Source: Eledone cirrhosa (taxonomy: Eukaryota). From it: DNA of 64,000 bases. The stretch is from positions 1,612,001-1,676,000 of the forward strand of contig OZ024759.1 in the NCBI GenBank assembly GCA_964016885.1. Direction: 5' to 3'. A model generated the notes under the pieces. The model was not told where the DNA came from and did no database searches. It worked only from the letters and a program-made list of their open reading frames with translations. Positions 48,401 through 63,642 of the stretch are shown in pieces; within the stretch, counting starts at the first letter, position 1, and the number at the start of each line of letters is the position of its first letter. The position numbers and the translations under genes were made by a program.

Positions 48401-50135
48401 CATGACACAGTCTATATTAGTAACATGACAAAGTCTATATTAGTAACATGACAAAATCTATATTAGTAACATGACACAGTCTATATTAGTAACATGACAC
48501 AGTCTATATTAGTAACATGACACAGTCTATATTAGTAACATTAGACAGTCTATATTAGTAGCATGACAAAGTCTATATTAGTAACATGACACAGTCTACA
48601 TTAGTAACATGACAAAGTCTATATTAGTAACATGACACAGTCTATATTAGTAACATGAGACAGTCTATATTAGTAACATGACAAAGTCTATATTAGTAAC
48701 ATGACAAAGTCTATATTAGTAAAATGACAAAGTCTATATTAGTAACATGACAAAGTCTTTATTAGTAACATGACACAGTCTATATTAGTAACATGACACA
48801 GTATATATTAGTAACATGACAAAGTCTATATTAGTAACATGACACAGTCTATATTAGTAACATGACACAGTCTATATTAGTAACATGACAAAGTCTATAT
48901 TAGTAACATGACAAAGTCTATATTAGTAACATGACAAAGTCTATATTAGTAACATGACAAAGTCTATATTAGTAAAATGACACAGTCTATATTAGTAACA
49001 TGACAAAGTCTATATTAGTAACATGACACAGTCTATATTAGTAACATGACACAGTCTATATTAGTAGCATGACACAGTCTATATTAGTAACATGATACAG
49101 TCTATATTAGTAACATGACAAAGTCTATATTAGTAACATGACAAAGTCTATATTAGTAACATGACAAAGTCTATATTAGTAACATGACACAGTCTATATT
49201 AGTAACATGACACAGTCTATATTAGTAACATGACAAAGTCTATATTAGTAACATGACACAGTCTATATTAGTAACATGACACAGTCTATATTAGTAGCAT
49301 GACACAGTCTATATTAGTAACATGATACAGTCTATATTAGTAACATGACAAAGTCTATATTAGTAACATGACAAAGTCTATATTAGTAAAATGACAAAGT
49401 CTATATTAGTAACATGACAAAGTCTTTATTAGTAACATGACACAGTCTATATTAGTAACATGACACAGTCTATATTAGTAACATGACAAAGTCTATATTA
49501 GTAACATGACAAAGTCTATATTAGTAACATGACACAGTCTATATTAGTAACATCACACAGTCTATATTAGTAACATGACAAAGTCTATATTAGTAACATG
49601 ACAAAGTCTATATTAGTAACATGACAAAGTCTATATTAGTAACATGACAAAGTCTATATTAGTAACATGACAAAGTCTATATTAGTAGCATGACAAAGTA
49701 TGTATTAGTAACATGACAAGGTCAATATTAGTAACATGACAAAGTCTATATTAGTAACATGACAAAGTCTATATTAGTAACATGCCACAGTCTATATTAG
49801 TAACATGACAAAGTCTATATTAGTAGCATGACAAAGTCTATATTAGTAACATGACAAAGTCTATATTAGTAACATGACAAAGTCTATATTAGTAACATGA
49901 CAAAGTCTATATTAGTAACATGACAAAGTCTATATTAGTAACATGACAAAGTCTATATTAGTAACATGACACAGTCTATATTAGTAACATGACAGTCTAT
50001 ATTAGTAACATGACAGTCTACATTAGTAACATGACACAGTCTATATTAGTAACATGACAAAGTCGATATTAGTAACATGACAATGTCTATATTAGTAACA
50101 TGACAAAGTCTATATTAGTAACATGACACAGTCTA
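15187..50135. repeat. 17,456-bp tandem duplication (760 monomers per copy); junction within 32643-32679
   Basis: GTCGAT landmarks 16207/33663, 19515/36971, 22202/39658, 27143/44599, 30451/47907 and 32609/50065 are all offset by 17,456. The rare variants AACGTC (19377/36833) and GACCAAG (30012/47468) share that offset. The match fails at 15186 vs 32642 and at 32680 vs 50136. Confidence 0.95.
19535..29413. repeat. 4,941-bp tandem duplication (215 monomers); repeated again at ~36991-46869 as part of the 17.5-kb duplication
   Basis: Offset of 4,941 for GACACTG 23026/27967, ATTAATAAC 24164/29105, GTCGAT 22202/27143 and TTACTAAC 19591/24532. Confidence 0.92.
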
Positions 50136-51780
50136 TATTACTAACATGACACAGCCTATATTAGTAACATGACACAGTCTATATTAGTAACATGACAAAG
50201 TCTATATTAGTAACATGACAAAGTCTATATTAGTAACATGACAAAGTCTATATTAGTAACATGACACAGTCTATATTACTAACATGACACAGTCTATATT
50301 AGTAGCATGACACAGTCCATATTAGTAACATGATACAGTCTATATTAGTAACATGACAAAGTCTATATTAGTAACATGACAAAGTCTATATTAGTAAAAT
50401 GACAAAGTCTATATTAGTAACATGACAAAGTCTTTATTAGTAACATGACACAGTCTATATTAGTAACATGACACAGTCTATATTAGTAACATGACAAAGT
50501 CTATATTGGTAACATGACAAAGTCTATATTAGTAACATGACACAGTCTATATTAGTAACATGACACAGTCTATATTAGTAACATGACAAAGTCTATATTA
50601 GTAACATGACAAAATCTATATTAGTAACATGACACAGTCTATATTAGTAACATGACACAGTCTATATTAGTAACATGACACAGTCTATATTAGTAACATT
50701 AGACAGTCTATATTAGTAGCATGACAAAGTCTATATTAGTAACATGACACAGTCTACATTAGTAACATGACAAAGTCTATATTAGTAACATGACACAGTC
50801 TATATTAGTAACATGAGACAGTCTATATTAGTAACATGACAAAGTCTATATTAGTAACATGACAAAGTCTATATTAGTAAAATGACAAAGTCTATATTAG
50901 TAACATGACAAAGTCTTTATTAGTAACATGACACAGTCTATATTAGTAACATGACACAGTATATATTAGTAACATGACAAAGTCTATATTAGTAACATGA
51001 CACAGTCTATATTAGTAACATGACACAGTCTATATTAGTAACATGACAAAGTCTATATTAGTAACATGACAAAGTCTATATTAGTAACATGACAAAGTCT
51101 ATATTAGTAACATGACAAAGTCTATATTAGTAAAATGACACAGTCTATATTAGTAACATGACAAAGTCTATATTAGTAACATGACACAGTCTATATTAGT
51201 AACATGACACAGTCTATATTAGTAGCATGACACAGTCTATATTAGTAACATGATACAGTCTATATTAGTAACATGACAAAGTCTATATTAGTAACATGAC
51301 AAAGTCTATATTAGTAACATGACAAAGTCTATATTAGTAACATGACACAGTCTATATTAGTAACATGACACAGTCTATATTAGTAACATGACAAAGTCTA
51401 TATTAGTAACATGACACAGTCTATATTAGTAACATGACACAGTCTATATTAGTAGCATGACACAGTCTATATTAGTAACATGATACAGTCTATATTAGTA
51501 ACATGACAAAGTCTATATTAGTAACATGACAAAGTCTATATTAGTAAAATGACAAAGTCTATATTAGTAACATGACAAAGTCTTTATTAGTAACATGACA
51601 CAGTCTATATTAGTAACATGACACAGTCTATATTAGTAACATGACAAAGTCTATATTAGTAACATGACAAAGTCTATATTAGTAACATGACACAGTCTAT
51701 ATTAGTAACATCACACAGTCTATATTAGTAACATGACAAAGTCTATATTAGTAACATGACAAAGTCTATATTAGTAACAT
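47470..51780. repeat. 2,158-bp tandem duplication (94 monomers); a truncated counterpart lies at ~30020-32640; ends approximate
   Basis: Offset of 2,158 for GTCGAT 47907/50065 and 30451/32609, ATGCCAC 30171/32329 and ATCACAC 49554/51712. Confidence 0.85.
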
Positions 51781-54700
51781 GACACAGTCTATATTAGTAA
51801 CATGACACAGTCTATATTAGTAACATGACACAGTCTATATTAGTAACATGAGACAGTCTATATTAGTAGCATGACAAAGTCTATATTAGTAACATGACAC
51901 AGTCTACATTAGTAACATGACAAAGTCTATATTAGTAACATGACACAGTCTATATTAGTAACATGAGACAGTCTATATTAGTAACATGACTAAGTCTATA
52001 TTAGTAACATGACACAGTCTATATTAGTAACATGACACAGTCTATATTAGTAACATGACAAAGTCTATATTAGTAACATGACAAAGTTTATATTAGTAAC
52101 ATGACAAAGTCTATATTAGTAACATGACACAGTCTATATTAGTAACATGACGAAGTCTATATTAGTAACATGACACAGTCTATATTAGTAACATGACACA
52201 GTCTATATTAGTAACATGACAAAGTCTATATTAGTAACATGACACAGTCTATATTAGTAAAATGACAAAGTCTATATTAGTAACATGACAAAGTCTTTAT
52301 TACTAACATGACACAGTCTATATTAGTAACATGACACAGTCTATATTAGTAACATGACAAAGTCTATATTAGTAACATGACACAGTCTATATTAGTAACA
52401 TGACACAGTCTATATTAGTAACATGACAAAGTCTATATTAGTAACATGACAAAGTCTATATTAGTAACATGACAAAGTCTATATTAGTAACATGACAAAG
52501 TCTATATTAGTAGCATGACAAAGTCTGTATTAGTAACATGACAAGGTCAATATTAGTAACATGACAAAGTCTATATTAGTAACATGACAAAGTCTATATT
52601 AGTAACATGACACAGTCTATATTAGTAACATGACAAAGTCTATATTAGTAGCATGACAAAGTCTATATTAGTAACATGACAAAGTCTATATTAGTAACAT
52701 GACAAAGTCTATATTAGTAACATGACAAAGTCTATATTAGTAACATGACAAAGTCTATATTAGTAACATGACAAAGTCTATATTAGTAACATGACACAGT
52801 CTATATTAGTAACATGACAGTCTATATTAGTAACATGACAGTCTACATTAGTAACATGACACAGTCTATATTAGTAACATGACAAAGTCGATATTAGTAA
52901 CATGACAATGTCTATATTAGTAACATGACAAAGTCTATATTAGTAACATGACACAGTCTATATTACTAACATGACACAGCCTATATTAGTAACATGACAC
53001 AGTCTATATTAGTAACATGACAAAGTCTATATTAGTAACATGACAAAGTCTATATTAGTAACATGACAAAGTCTATATTAGTAACATGACACAGTCTATA
53101 TTAGTAGCATGACACAGTCCATATTAGTAACATGATACAGTCTATATTAGTAACATGACAAAGTCTATATTAGTAACATGACAAAGTCTATATTAGTAAA
53201 ATGACAAAGTCTATATTAGTAACATGACAAAGTCTTTATTAGTAACATGACACAGTCTATATTAGTAACATGACACAGTCTATATTAGTAACATGACAAA
53301 GTCTATATTAGTAACATGACAAAGTCTATATTAGTAACATGACACAGTCTATATTAGTAACATGACACAGTCTATATTAGTAACATGACAAAGTCTATAT
53401 TAGTAACATGACAAAATCTATATTAGTAACATGACACAGTCTATATTAGTAACATGACACAGTCTATATTAGTAACATGACACAGTCTATATTAGTAACA
53501 TTAGACAGTCTATATTAGTAGCATGACAAAGTCTATATTAGTAACATGACACAGTCTACATTAGTAACATGACAAAGTCTATATTAGTAACATGACACAG
53601 TCTATATTAGTAACATGAGACAGTCTATATTAGTAACATGACAAAGTCTATATTAGTAACATGACAAAGTCTATATTAGCAAAATGACACAGTCTATATT
53701 AGTAACATGACACAGTCTATATTAGTAACATGACAAAGTCTATATTAGTAACATGACAAAGTCTATATTAGTAACATGACAACGTCTATATTAGTAACAT
53801 GACAAAGTCTATATTAGTAGCATGACAAAGTCTGTATTAGTAACATGACACAGTCTATATTAGTAACATGACAAAGTCTATATTAGTAACATGACAAAGT
53901 CTATATTAGTAACATGACAAAGTCTATATTAGTAACATGACAAAGTCTATATTAGTAACATGACAAAATCTATATTAGTAACATGACACAGTCTATATTA
54001 GTAACATGACACAGTCTATATTAGTAACATGACACAGTCTATATTAGTAACATTAGACAGTCTATATTAGTAGCATGACAAAGTCTATATTAGTAACATG
54101 ACACAGTCTACATTAGTAACATGACAAAGTCTATATTAGTAACATGACACAGTCTATATTAGTAACATGAGACAGTCTATATTAGTAACATGACAAAGTC
54201 TATATTAGTAACATGACAAAGTCTATATTAGTAACATGACAAAGTCTATATTAGTAAAATGACAAAGTCTATATTAGTAACATGACAAAGTCTTTATTAG
54301 TAACATGACACAGTCTATATTAGTAACATGACACAGTATATATTAGTAACATGACAAAGTCTATATTAGTAACATGACACAGTCTATATTAGTAACATGA
54401 CACAGTCTATATTAGTAACATGACAAAGTCTATATTAGTAACATGACAAAGTCTATATTAGTAACATGACAAAGTCTATATTAGTAACATGACAAAGTCT
54501 ATATTAGTAAAATGACACAGTCTATATTAGTAACATGACAAAGTCTATATTAGTAACATGACACAGTCTATATTAGTAACATGACACAGTCTATATTAGT
54601 AGCATGACACAGTCTATATTAGTAACATGATACAGTCTATATTAGTAACATGACAAAGTCTATATTAGTAACATGACAAAGTCTATATTAGTAACATGAC

Positions 54701-57389
54701 AAAGTCTATATTAGTAACATGACACAGTCTATATTAGTAACATGACACAGTCTATATTAGTAACATGACAAAGTCTATATTAGTAACATGACACAGTCTA
54801 TATTAGTAACATGACACAGTCTATATTAGTAGCATGACACAGTCTATATTAGTAACATGATACAGTCTATATTAGTAACATGACAAAGTCTATATTAGTA
54901 ACATGACAAAGTCTATATTAGTAAAATGACAAAGTCTATATTAGTAACATGACAAAGTCTTTATTAGTAACATGACACAGTCTATATTAGTAACATGACA
55001 CAGTCTATATTAGTAACATGACAAAGTCTATATTAGTAACATGACAAAGTCTATATTAGTAACATGACACAGTCTATATTAGTAACATCACACAGTCTAT
55101 ATTAGTAACATGACAAAGTCTATATTAGTAACATGACAAAGTCTATATTAGTAACATGACACAGTCTATATTAGTAACATGACACAGTCTATATTAGTAA
55201 CATGACACAGTCTATATTAGTAACATGAGACAGTCTATATTAGTAGCATGACAAAGTCTATATTAGTAACATGACACAGTCTACATTAGTAACATGACAA
55301 AGTCTATATTAGTAACATGACACAGTCTATATTAGTAACATGAGACAGTCTATATTAGTAACATGACTAAGTCTATATTAGTAACATGACACAGTCTATA
55401 TTAGTAACATGACACAGTCTATATTAGTAACATGACAAAGTCTATATTAGTAACATGACAAAGTTTATATTAGTAACATGACAAAGTCTATATTAGTAAC
55501 ATGACACAGTCTATATTAGTAACATGACGAAGTCTATATTAGTAACATGACACAGTCTATATTAGTAACATGACACAGTCTATATTAGTAACATGACAAA
55601 GTCTATATTAGTAACATGACACAGTCTATATTAGTAAAATGACAAAGTCTATATTAGTAACATGACAACGTCTTTATTACTAACATGACACAGTCTATAT
55701 TAGTAACATGACACAGTCTATATTAGTAACATGACAAAGTCTATATTAGTAACATGACCAAGTCTATATTAGTAACATGACAAAGTCTATATTAGTAACA
55801 TGACAAAGTCTATATTAGTAGCATGACAAAGTATGTATTAGTAACATGACAAGGTCAATATTAGTAACATGACAAAGTCTATATTAGTAACATGACAAAG
55901 TCTATATTAGTAACATGCCACAGTCTATATTAGTAACATGACAAAGTCTATATTAGTAGCATGACAAAGTCTATATTAGTAACATGACAAAGTCTATATT
56001 AGTAACATGACAAAGTCTATATTAGTAACATGACAAAGTCTATATTAGTAACATGACAAAGTCTATATTAGTAACATGACAAAGTCTATATTAGTAACAT
56101 GACACAGTCTATATTAGTAACATGACAGTCTATATTAGTAACATGACAGTCTACATTAGTAACATGACACAGTCTATATTAGTAACATGACAAAGTCGAT
56201 ATTAGTAACATGACAATGTCTATATTAGTAACATGACAAAGTCTATATTAGTAACATGACACAGTCTATATTACTAACATGACACAGCCTATATTAGTAA
56301 CATGACACAGTCTATATTAGTAACATGACAAAGTCTATATTAGTAACATGACAAAGTCTATATTAGTAACATGACAAAGTCTATATTAGTAACATGACAC
56401 AGTCTATATTAGTAACATGACACAGTCTATATTAGTAGCATGACACAGTCCATATTAGTAACATGATACAGTCTATATTAGTAACATGACAAAGTCTATA
56501 TTAGTAACATGACAAAGTCTATATTAGTAAAATGACAAAGTCTATATTAGTAACATGACAAAGTCTTTATTAGTAACATGACACAGTCTATATTAGTAAC
56601 ATGACACAGTCTATATTAGTAACATGACAAAGTCTATATTAGTAACATGACAAAGTCTATATTAGTAACATGACACAGTCTATATTAGTAACATGACACA
56701 GTCTATATTAGTAACATGACAAAGTCTATATTAGTAACATGACAAAATCTATATTAGTAACATGACACAGTCTATATTAGTAACATGACACAGTCTATAT
56801 TAGTAACATGACACAGTCTATATTAGTAACATTAGACAGTCTATATTAGTAGCATGACAAAGTCTATATTAGTAACATGACACAGTCTACATTAGTAACA
56901 TGACAAAGTCTATATTAGTAACATGACACAGTCTATATTAGTAACATGAGACAGTCTATATTAGTAACATGACAAAGTCTATATTAGTAACATGACAAAG
57001 TCTATATTAGTAAAATGACAAAGTCTATATTAGTAACATGACAAAGTCTTTATTAGTAACATGACACAGTCTATATTAGTAACATGACACAGTATATATT
57101 AGTAACATGACAAAGTCTATATTAGTAACATGACAAAGTCTATATTAGTAACATGACAAAGTCTATATTAGTAACATGACACAGTCTATATTAGTAACAT
57201 GACACAGTCTATATTAGTAACATGACAAAGTCTATATTAGTAACATGACACAGTCTATATTAGTAACATGACACAGTCTATATTAGTAGCATGACACAGT
57301 CTATATTAGTAACATGATACAGTCTATATTAGTAACATGACAAAGTCTATATTAGTAACATGACAAAGTCTATATTAGTAAAATGACAA

Positions 57390-60300
57390 AGTCTATATTA
57401 GTAACATGACAAAGTCTTTATTAGTAACATGACACAGTCTATATTAGTAACATGACACAGTCTATATTAGTAACATGACAAAGTCTATATTAGTAACATG
57501 ACAAAGTCTATATTAGTAACATGACACAGTCTATATTAGTAACATCACACAGTCTATATTAGTAACATGACAAAGTCTATATTAGTAACATGACAAAGTC
57601 TATATTAGTAACATGACACAGTCTATATTAGTAACATGACACAGTCTATATTAGTAACATGACACAGTCTATATTAGTAACATGAGACAGTCTATATTAG
57701 TAGCATGACAAAGTCTATATTAGTAACATGACACAGTCTACATTAGTAACATGACAAAGTCTATATTAGTAACATGACACAGTCTATATTAGTAACATGA
57801 CAAAGTCTATATTAGTAACATGACAAAGTCTATATTAGTAACATGACAAAGTCTATATTAGTAACATGACAAAGTCTATATTAGTAGCATGACAAAGTCT
57901 GTATTAGTAACATGACAAGGTCAATATTAGTAACATGACAAAGTCTATATTAGTAACATGACAAAGTCTATATTAGTAACATGACACAGTCTATATTAGT
58001 AACATGACAAAGTCTATATTAGTAGCATGACAAAGTCTATATTAGTAACATGACAAAGTCTATATTAGTAACATGACAAAGTCTATATTAGTAACATGAC
58101 AAAGTCTATATTAGTAACATGACAAAGTCTATATTAGTAACATGACAAAGTCTATATTAGTAACATGACACAGTCTATATTAGTAACATGACAGTCTATA
58201 TTAGTAACATGACAGTCTACATTAGTAACATGACACAGTCTATATTAGTAACATGACAAAGTCGATATTAGTAACATGACAATGTCTATATTAGTAACAT
58301 GACAAAGTCTATATTAGTAACATGACACAGTCTATATTACTAACATGACACAGCCTATATTAGTAACATGACACAGTCTATATTAGTAACATGACAAAGC
58401 CTATATTAGTAACATGACAAAGTCTATATTAGTAACATGACAAAGTCTATATTAGTAACATGACACAGTCTATATTAGTAACATGACACAGTCTATATTA
58501 GTAGCATGACACAGTCCATATTAGTAACATGATACAGTCTATATTAGTAACATGACAAAGTCTATATTAGTAACATGACAAAGTCTATATTAGTAAAATG
58601 ACAAAGTCTATATTAGTAACATGACAAAGTCTTTATTAGTAACATGACACAGTCTATATTAGTAACATGACACAGTCTATATTAGTAACATGACAAAGTC
58701 TATATTAGTAACATGACAAAGTCTATATTAGTAACATGACACAGTCTATATTAGTAACATGACACAGTCTATATTAGTAACATGACAAAGTCTATATTAG
58801 TAACATGACAAAATCTATATTAGTAACATGACACAGTCTATATTAGTAACATGACACAGTCTATATTAGTAACATGACACAGTCTATATTAGTAACATTA
58901 GACAGTCTATATTAGTAGCATGACAAAGTCTATATTAGTAACATGACACAGTCTACATTAGTAACATGACAAAGTCTATATTAGTAACATGACACAGTCT
59001 ATATTAGTAACATGAGACAGTCTATATTAGTAACATGACACAGTCTATATTAGTAACATGACAAAGTCTATATTAGCAGAATGACAAAGTCTATATTAGT
59101 AACATGACAAAGTCTTTATTAGTAACATGACACAGTCTATATTAGTAACATGACACAGTCTATATTAGTAACATGACAAAGTCTATATTAGTAACATGAC
59201 ACAGTCTATATTAGTAACATGACACAGTCTATATTAGTAACATGACAAAGTCTATATTAGTAACATGACAAAGTCTATATTAGTAACATGACAAAGTCTA
59301 TATTAGTAACATGACAAAGTCTATATTAGTAGCATGACAAAGTCTGTATTAGTAACATGACAAAGTCTATATTAGTAACATGACAAAGTCTATATTAGTA
59401 ACATGACAAAGTCTATATAAGTAACATGACACAGTCTATATTAGTAACATGACAAGGTCTATATTAGTAGCATGACAAAGTCTATATTAGTAACATGACA
59501 AAGTCTATATTAGTAACATAACAAAGTCTATATTAGTAACATGACAAAGTCTATATTAGTAACATGACAATGTCTATATTAGTAACATGACAAAGTCTAT
59601 ATTAGTAACATGACACAGTCTATATTACTAACATGACACAGTCTATATTAGTAACATGACAAAGTCTATATTAGTAACATGACAAAGTCTATATTAGTAA
59701 CATGACAAAGTCTATATTAGTAACATGACAAAGTCTATATTAGTAACATGACACAGTCTATATTAGTAACATGACACCGTCTATATTAGTAGCATGACAC
59801 AGTCTATATTAGTAACATGATACAGTCTATATTAGTAACATGACAAAGTCTGTATTAGTAACATGACAAAGTCTATATTAGTAAAATGACAAAGTCTATA
59901 TTAGTAACATGACAAAGTCTTTATTAGTAACATGACACAGTCTATATTAGTAACATGACACAGTCTATATTAGTAACATGACAAAGTCTATATTAGTAAC
60001 ATGACACAGTCTATATTAGTAACATGACACAGTCTATATTAGTAACATGACAAAGTCTATATTAGTAACATGACAAAGTCTATATTAGTAACATGACAAA
60101 GTCTATATTAGTAACATGACAAAGTCTATATTAGTAGCATGACAAAGTCTTTATTAGTAACATGACACAGTCTATATTAGTAACATGACACAGTCTATAT
60201 TAGTAACATGACAAAGTCTATATTAGTAACATGACAAAGTCTATATTAGTAACATGACACAGTCTATATTAGTAACATCACACAGTCTATATTAGTAACA

Positions 60301-63300
60301 TGACAAAGTCTATATTAGTAACATGACAAAGTCTATATTAGTAACATGACACAGTCTATATTAGTAACATGACACAGTCTATATTAGTAACATGACACAG
60401 TCTATATTAGTAACATGAGACAGTCTATATTAGTAGCATGACAAAGTCTATATTAGTAACATGACACAGTCTACATTAGTAACATGACAAAGTCTATATT
60501 AGTAACATGACACAGTCTATATTAGTAACATGACAAAGTCTATATTAGTAGCATGACACAGTCTATATTAGTAACATGATACAGTCTATATTAGTAACAT
60601 GACAAAGTCTGTATTAGTAACATGACAAAGTCTATATTAGTAAAATGACAAAGTCTATATTAGTAACATGACAAAGTCTTTATTAGTAACATGACACAGT
60701 CTATATTAGTAACATGACACAGTCTATATTAGTAACATGACAAAGTCTATATTAGTAACATGACACAGTCTATATTAGTAACATGACACAGTCTATATTA
60801 GTAACATGACAAAGTCTATATTAGTAACATGACAAAGTCTATATTAGTAACATGACAAAGTCTATATTAGTAACATGACAAAGTCTATATTAGTAGCATG
60901 ACAAAGTCTTTATTAGTAACATGACACAGTCTATATTAGTAACATGACACAGTCTATATTAGTAACATGACAAAGTCTATATTAGTAACATGACAAAGTC
61001 TATATTAGTAACATGACACAGTCTATATTAGTAACATCACACAGTCTATATTAGTAACATGACAAAGTCTATATTAGTAACATGACAAAGTCTATATTAG
61101 TAACATGACACAGTCTATATTAGTAACATGACACAGTCTATATTAGTAACATGACACAGTCTATATTAGTAACATGAGACAGTCTATATTAGTAGCATGA
61201 CAAAGTCTATATTAGTAACATGACACAGTCTACATTAGTAACATGACAAAGTCTATATTAGTAACATGACACAGTCTATATTAGTAACATGACAAAGTCT
61301 ATATTAGTAACATGACAAAGTCTATATTAGTAACATGACAAAGTCTATATTAGTAACATGACAAAGTCTATATTAGTAGCATGACAAAGTCTGTATTAGT
61401 AACATGACAAGGTCAATATTAGTAACATGACAAAGTCTATATTAGTAACATGACAAAGTCTATATTAGTAACATGACACAGTCTATATTAGTAACATGAC
61501 AAAGTCTATATTAGTAGCATGACAAAGTCTATATTAGTAACATGACAAAGTCTATATTAGTAACATGACAAAGTCTATATTAGTAACATGACAAAGTCTA
61601 TATTAGTAACATGACAAAGTCTATATTAGTAACATGACAAAGTCTATATTAGTAACATGACACAGTCTATATTAGTAACATGACAGTCTATATTAGTAAC
61701 ATGACAGTCTACATTAGTAACATGACACAGTCTATATTAGTAACATGACAAAGTCGATATTAGTAACATGACAATGTCTATATTAGTAACATGACAAAGT
61801 CTATATTAGTAACATGACACAGTCTATATTACTAACATGACACAGCCTATATTAGTAACATGACACAGTCTATATTAGTAACATGACAAAGCCTATATTA
61901 GTAACATGACAAAGTCTATATTAGTAACATGACAAAGTCTATATTAGTAACATGACACAGTCTATATTAGTAACATGACACAGTCTATATTAGTAGCATG
62001 ACACAGTCCATATTAGTAACATGATACAGTCTATATTAGTAACATGACAAAGTCTATATTAGTAACATGACAAAGTCTATATTAGTAAAATGACAAAGTC
62101 TATATTAGTAACATGACAAAGTCTTTATTAGTAACATGACACAGTCTATATTAGTAACATGACACAGTCTATATTAGTAACATGACAAAGTCTATATTAG
62201 TAACATGACAAAGTCTATATTAGTAACATGACACAGTCTATATTAGTAACATGACACAGTCTATATTAGTAACATGACAAAGTCTATATTAGTAACATGA
62301 CAAAATCTATATTAGTAACATGACACAGTCTATATTAGTAACATGACACAGTCTATATTAGTAACATGACACAGTCTATATTAGTAACATTAGACAGTCT
62401 ATATTAGTAGCATGACAAAGTCTATATTAGTAACATGACACAGTCTACATTAGTAACATGACAAAGTCTATATTAGTAACATGACACAGTCTATATTAGT
62501 AACATGAGACAGTCTATATTAGTAACATGACACAGTCTATATTAGTAACATGACAAAGTCTATATTAGCAGAATGACAAAGTCTATATTAGTAACATGAC
62601 AAAGTCTTTATTAGTAACATGACACAGTCTATATTAGTAACATGACACAGTCTATATTAGTAACATGACAAAGTCTATATTAGTAACATGACACAGTCTA
62701 TATTAGTAACATGACACAGTCTATATTAGTAACATGACAAAGTCTATATTAGTAACATGACAAAGTCTATATTAGTAACATGACAAAGTCTATATTAGTA
62801 ACATGACAAAGTCTATATTAGTAGCATGACAAAGTCTGTATTAGTAACATGACAAAGTCTATATTAGTAACATGACAAAGTCTATATTAGTAACATGACA
62901 AAGTCTATATAAGTAACATGACACAGTCTATATTAGTAACATGACAAGGTCTATATTAGTAGCATGACAAAGTCTATATTAGTAACATGACAAAGTCTAT
63001 ATTAGTAACATAACAAAGTCTATATTAGTAACATGACAAAGTCTATATTAGTAACATGACAATGTCTATATTAGTAACATGACAAAGTCTATATTAGTAA
63101 CATGACACAGTCTATATTACTAACATGACACAGTCTATATTAGTAACATGACAAAGTCTATATTAGTAACATGACAAAGTCTATATTAGTAACATGACAA
63201 AGTCTATATTAGTAACATGACAAAGTCTATATTAGTAACATGACACAGTCTATATTAGTAACATGACACCGTCTATATTAGTAGCATGACACAGTCTATA

Positions 63301-63642
63301 TTAGTAACATGATACAGTCTATATTAGTAACATGACAAAGTCTGTATTAGTAACATGACAAAGTCTATATTAGTAAAATGACAAAGTCTATATTAGTAAC
63401 ATGACAAAGTCTTTATTAGTAACATGACACAGTCTATATTAGTAACATGACACAGTCTATATTAGTAACATGACAAAGTCTATATTAGTAACATGACACA
63501 GTCTATATTAGTAACATGACACAGTCTATATTAGTAACATGACAAAGTCTATATTAGTAACATGACAAAGTCTATATTAGTAACATGACAAAGTCTATAT
63601 TAGTAACATGACAAAGTCTATATTAGTAGCATGACAAAGTCT
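57390..63642. repeat. Duplicated block offset by 3,492 bp (152 monomers) with private variants, containing an internal 759-bp (33-monomer) duplication
   Basis: Offset of 3,492 for GTCGAT 58264/61756, AAAGCCTAT 58400/61892, TATATAAG 59419/62911, CATAAC 59520/63012 and GACACCG 59778/63270. ATCACAC 60279/61038 is offset by 759. Confidence 0.9.
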
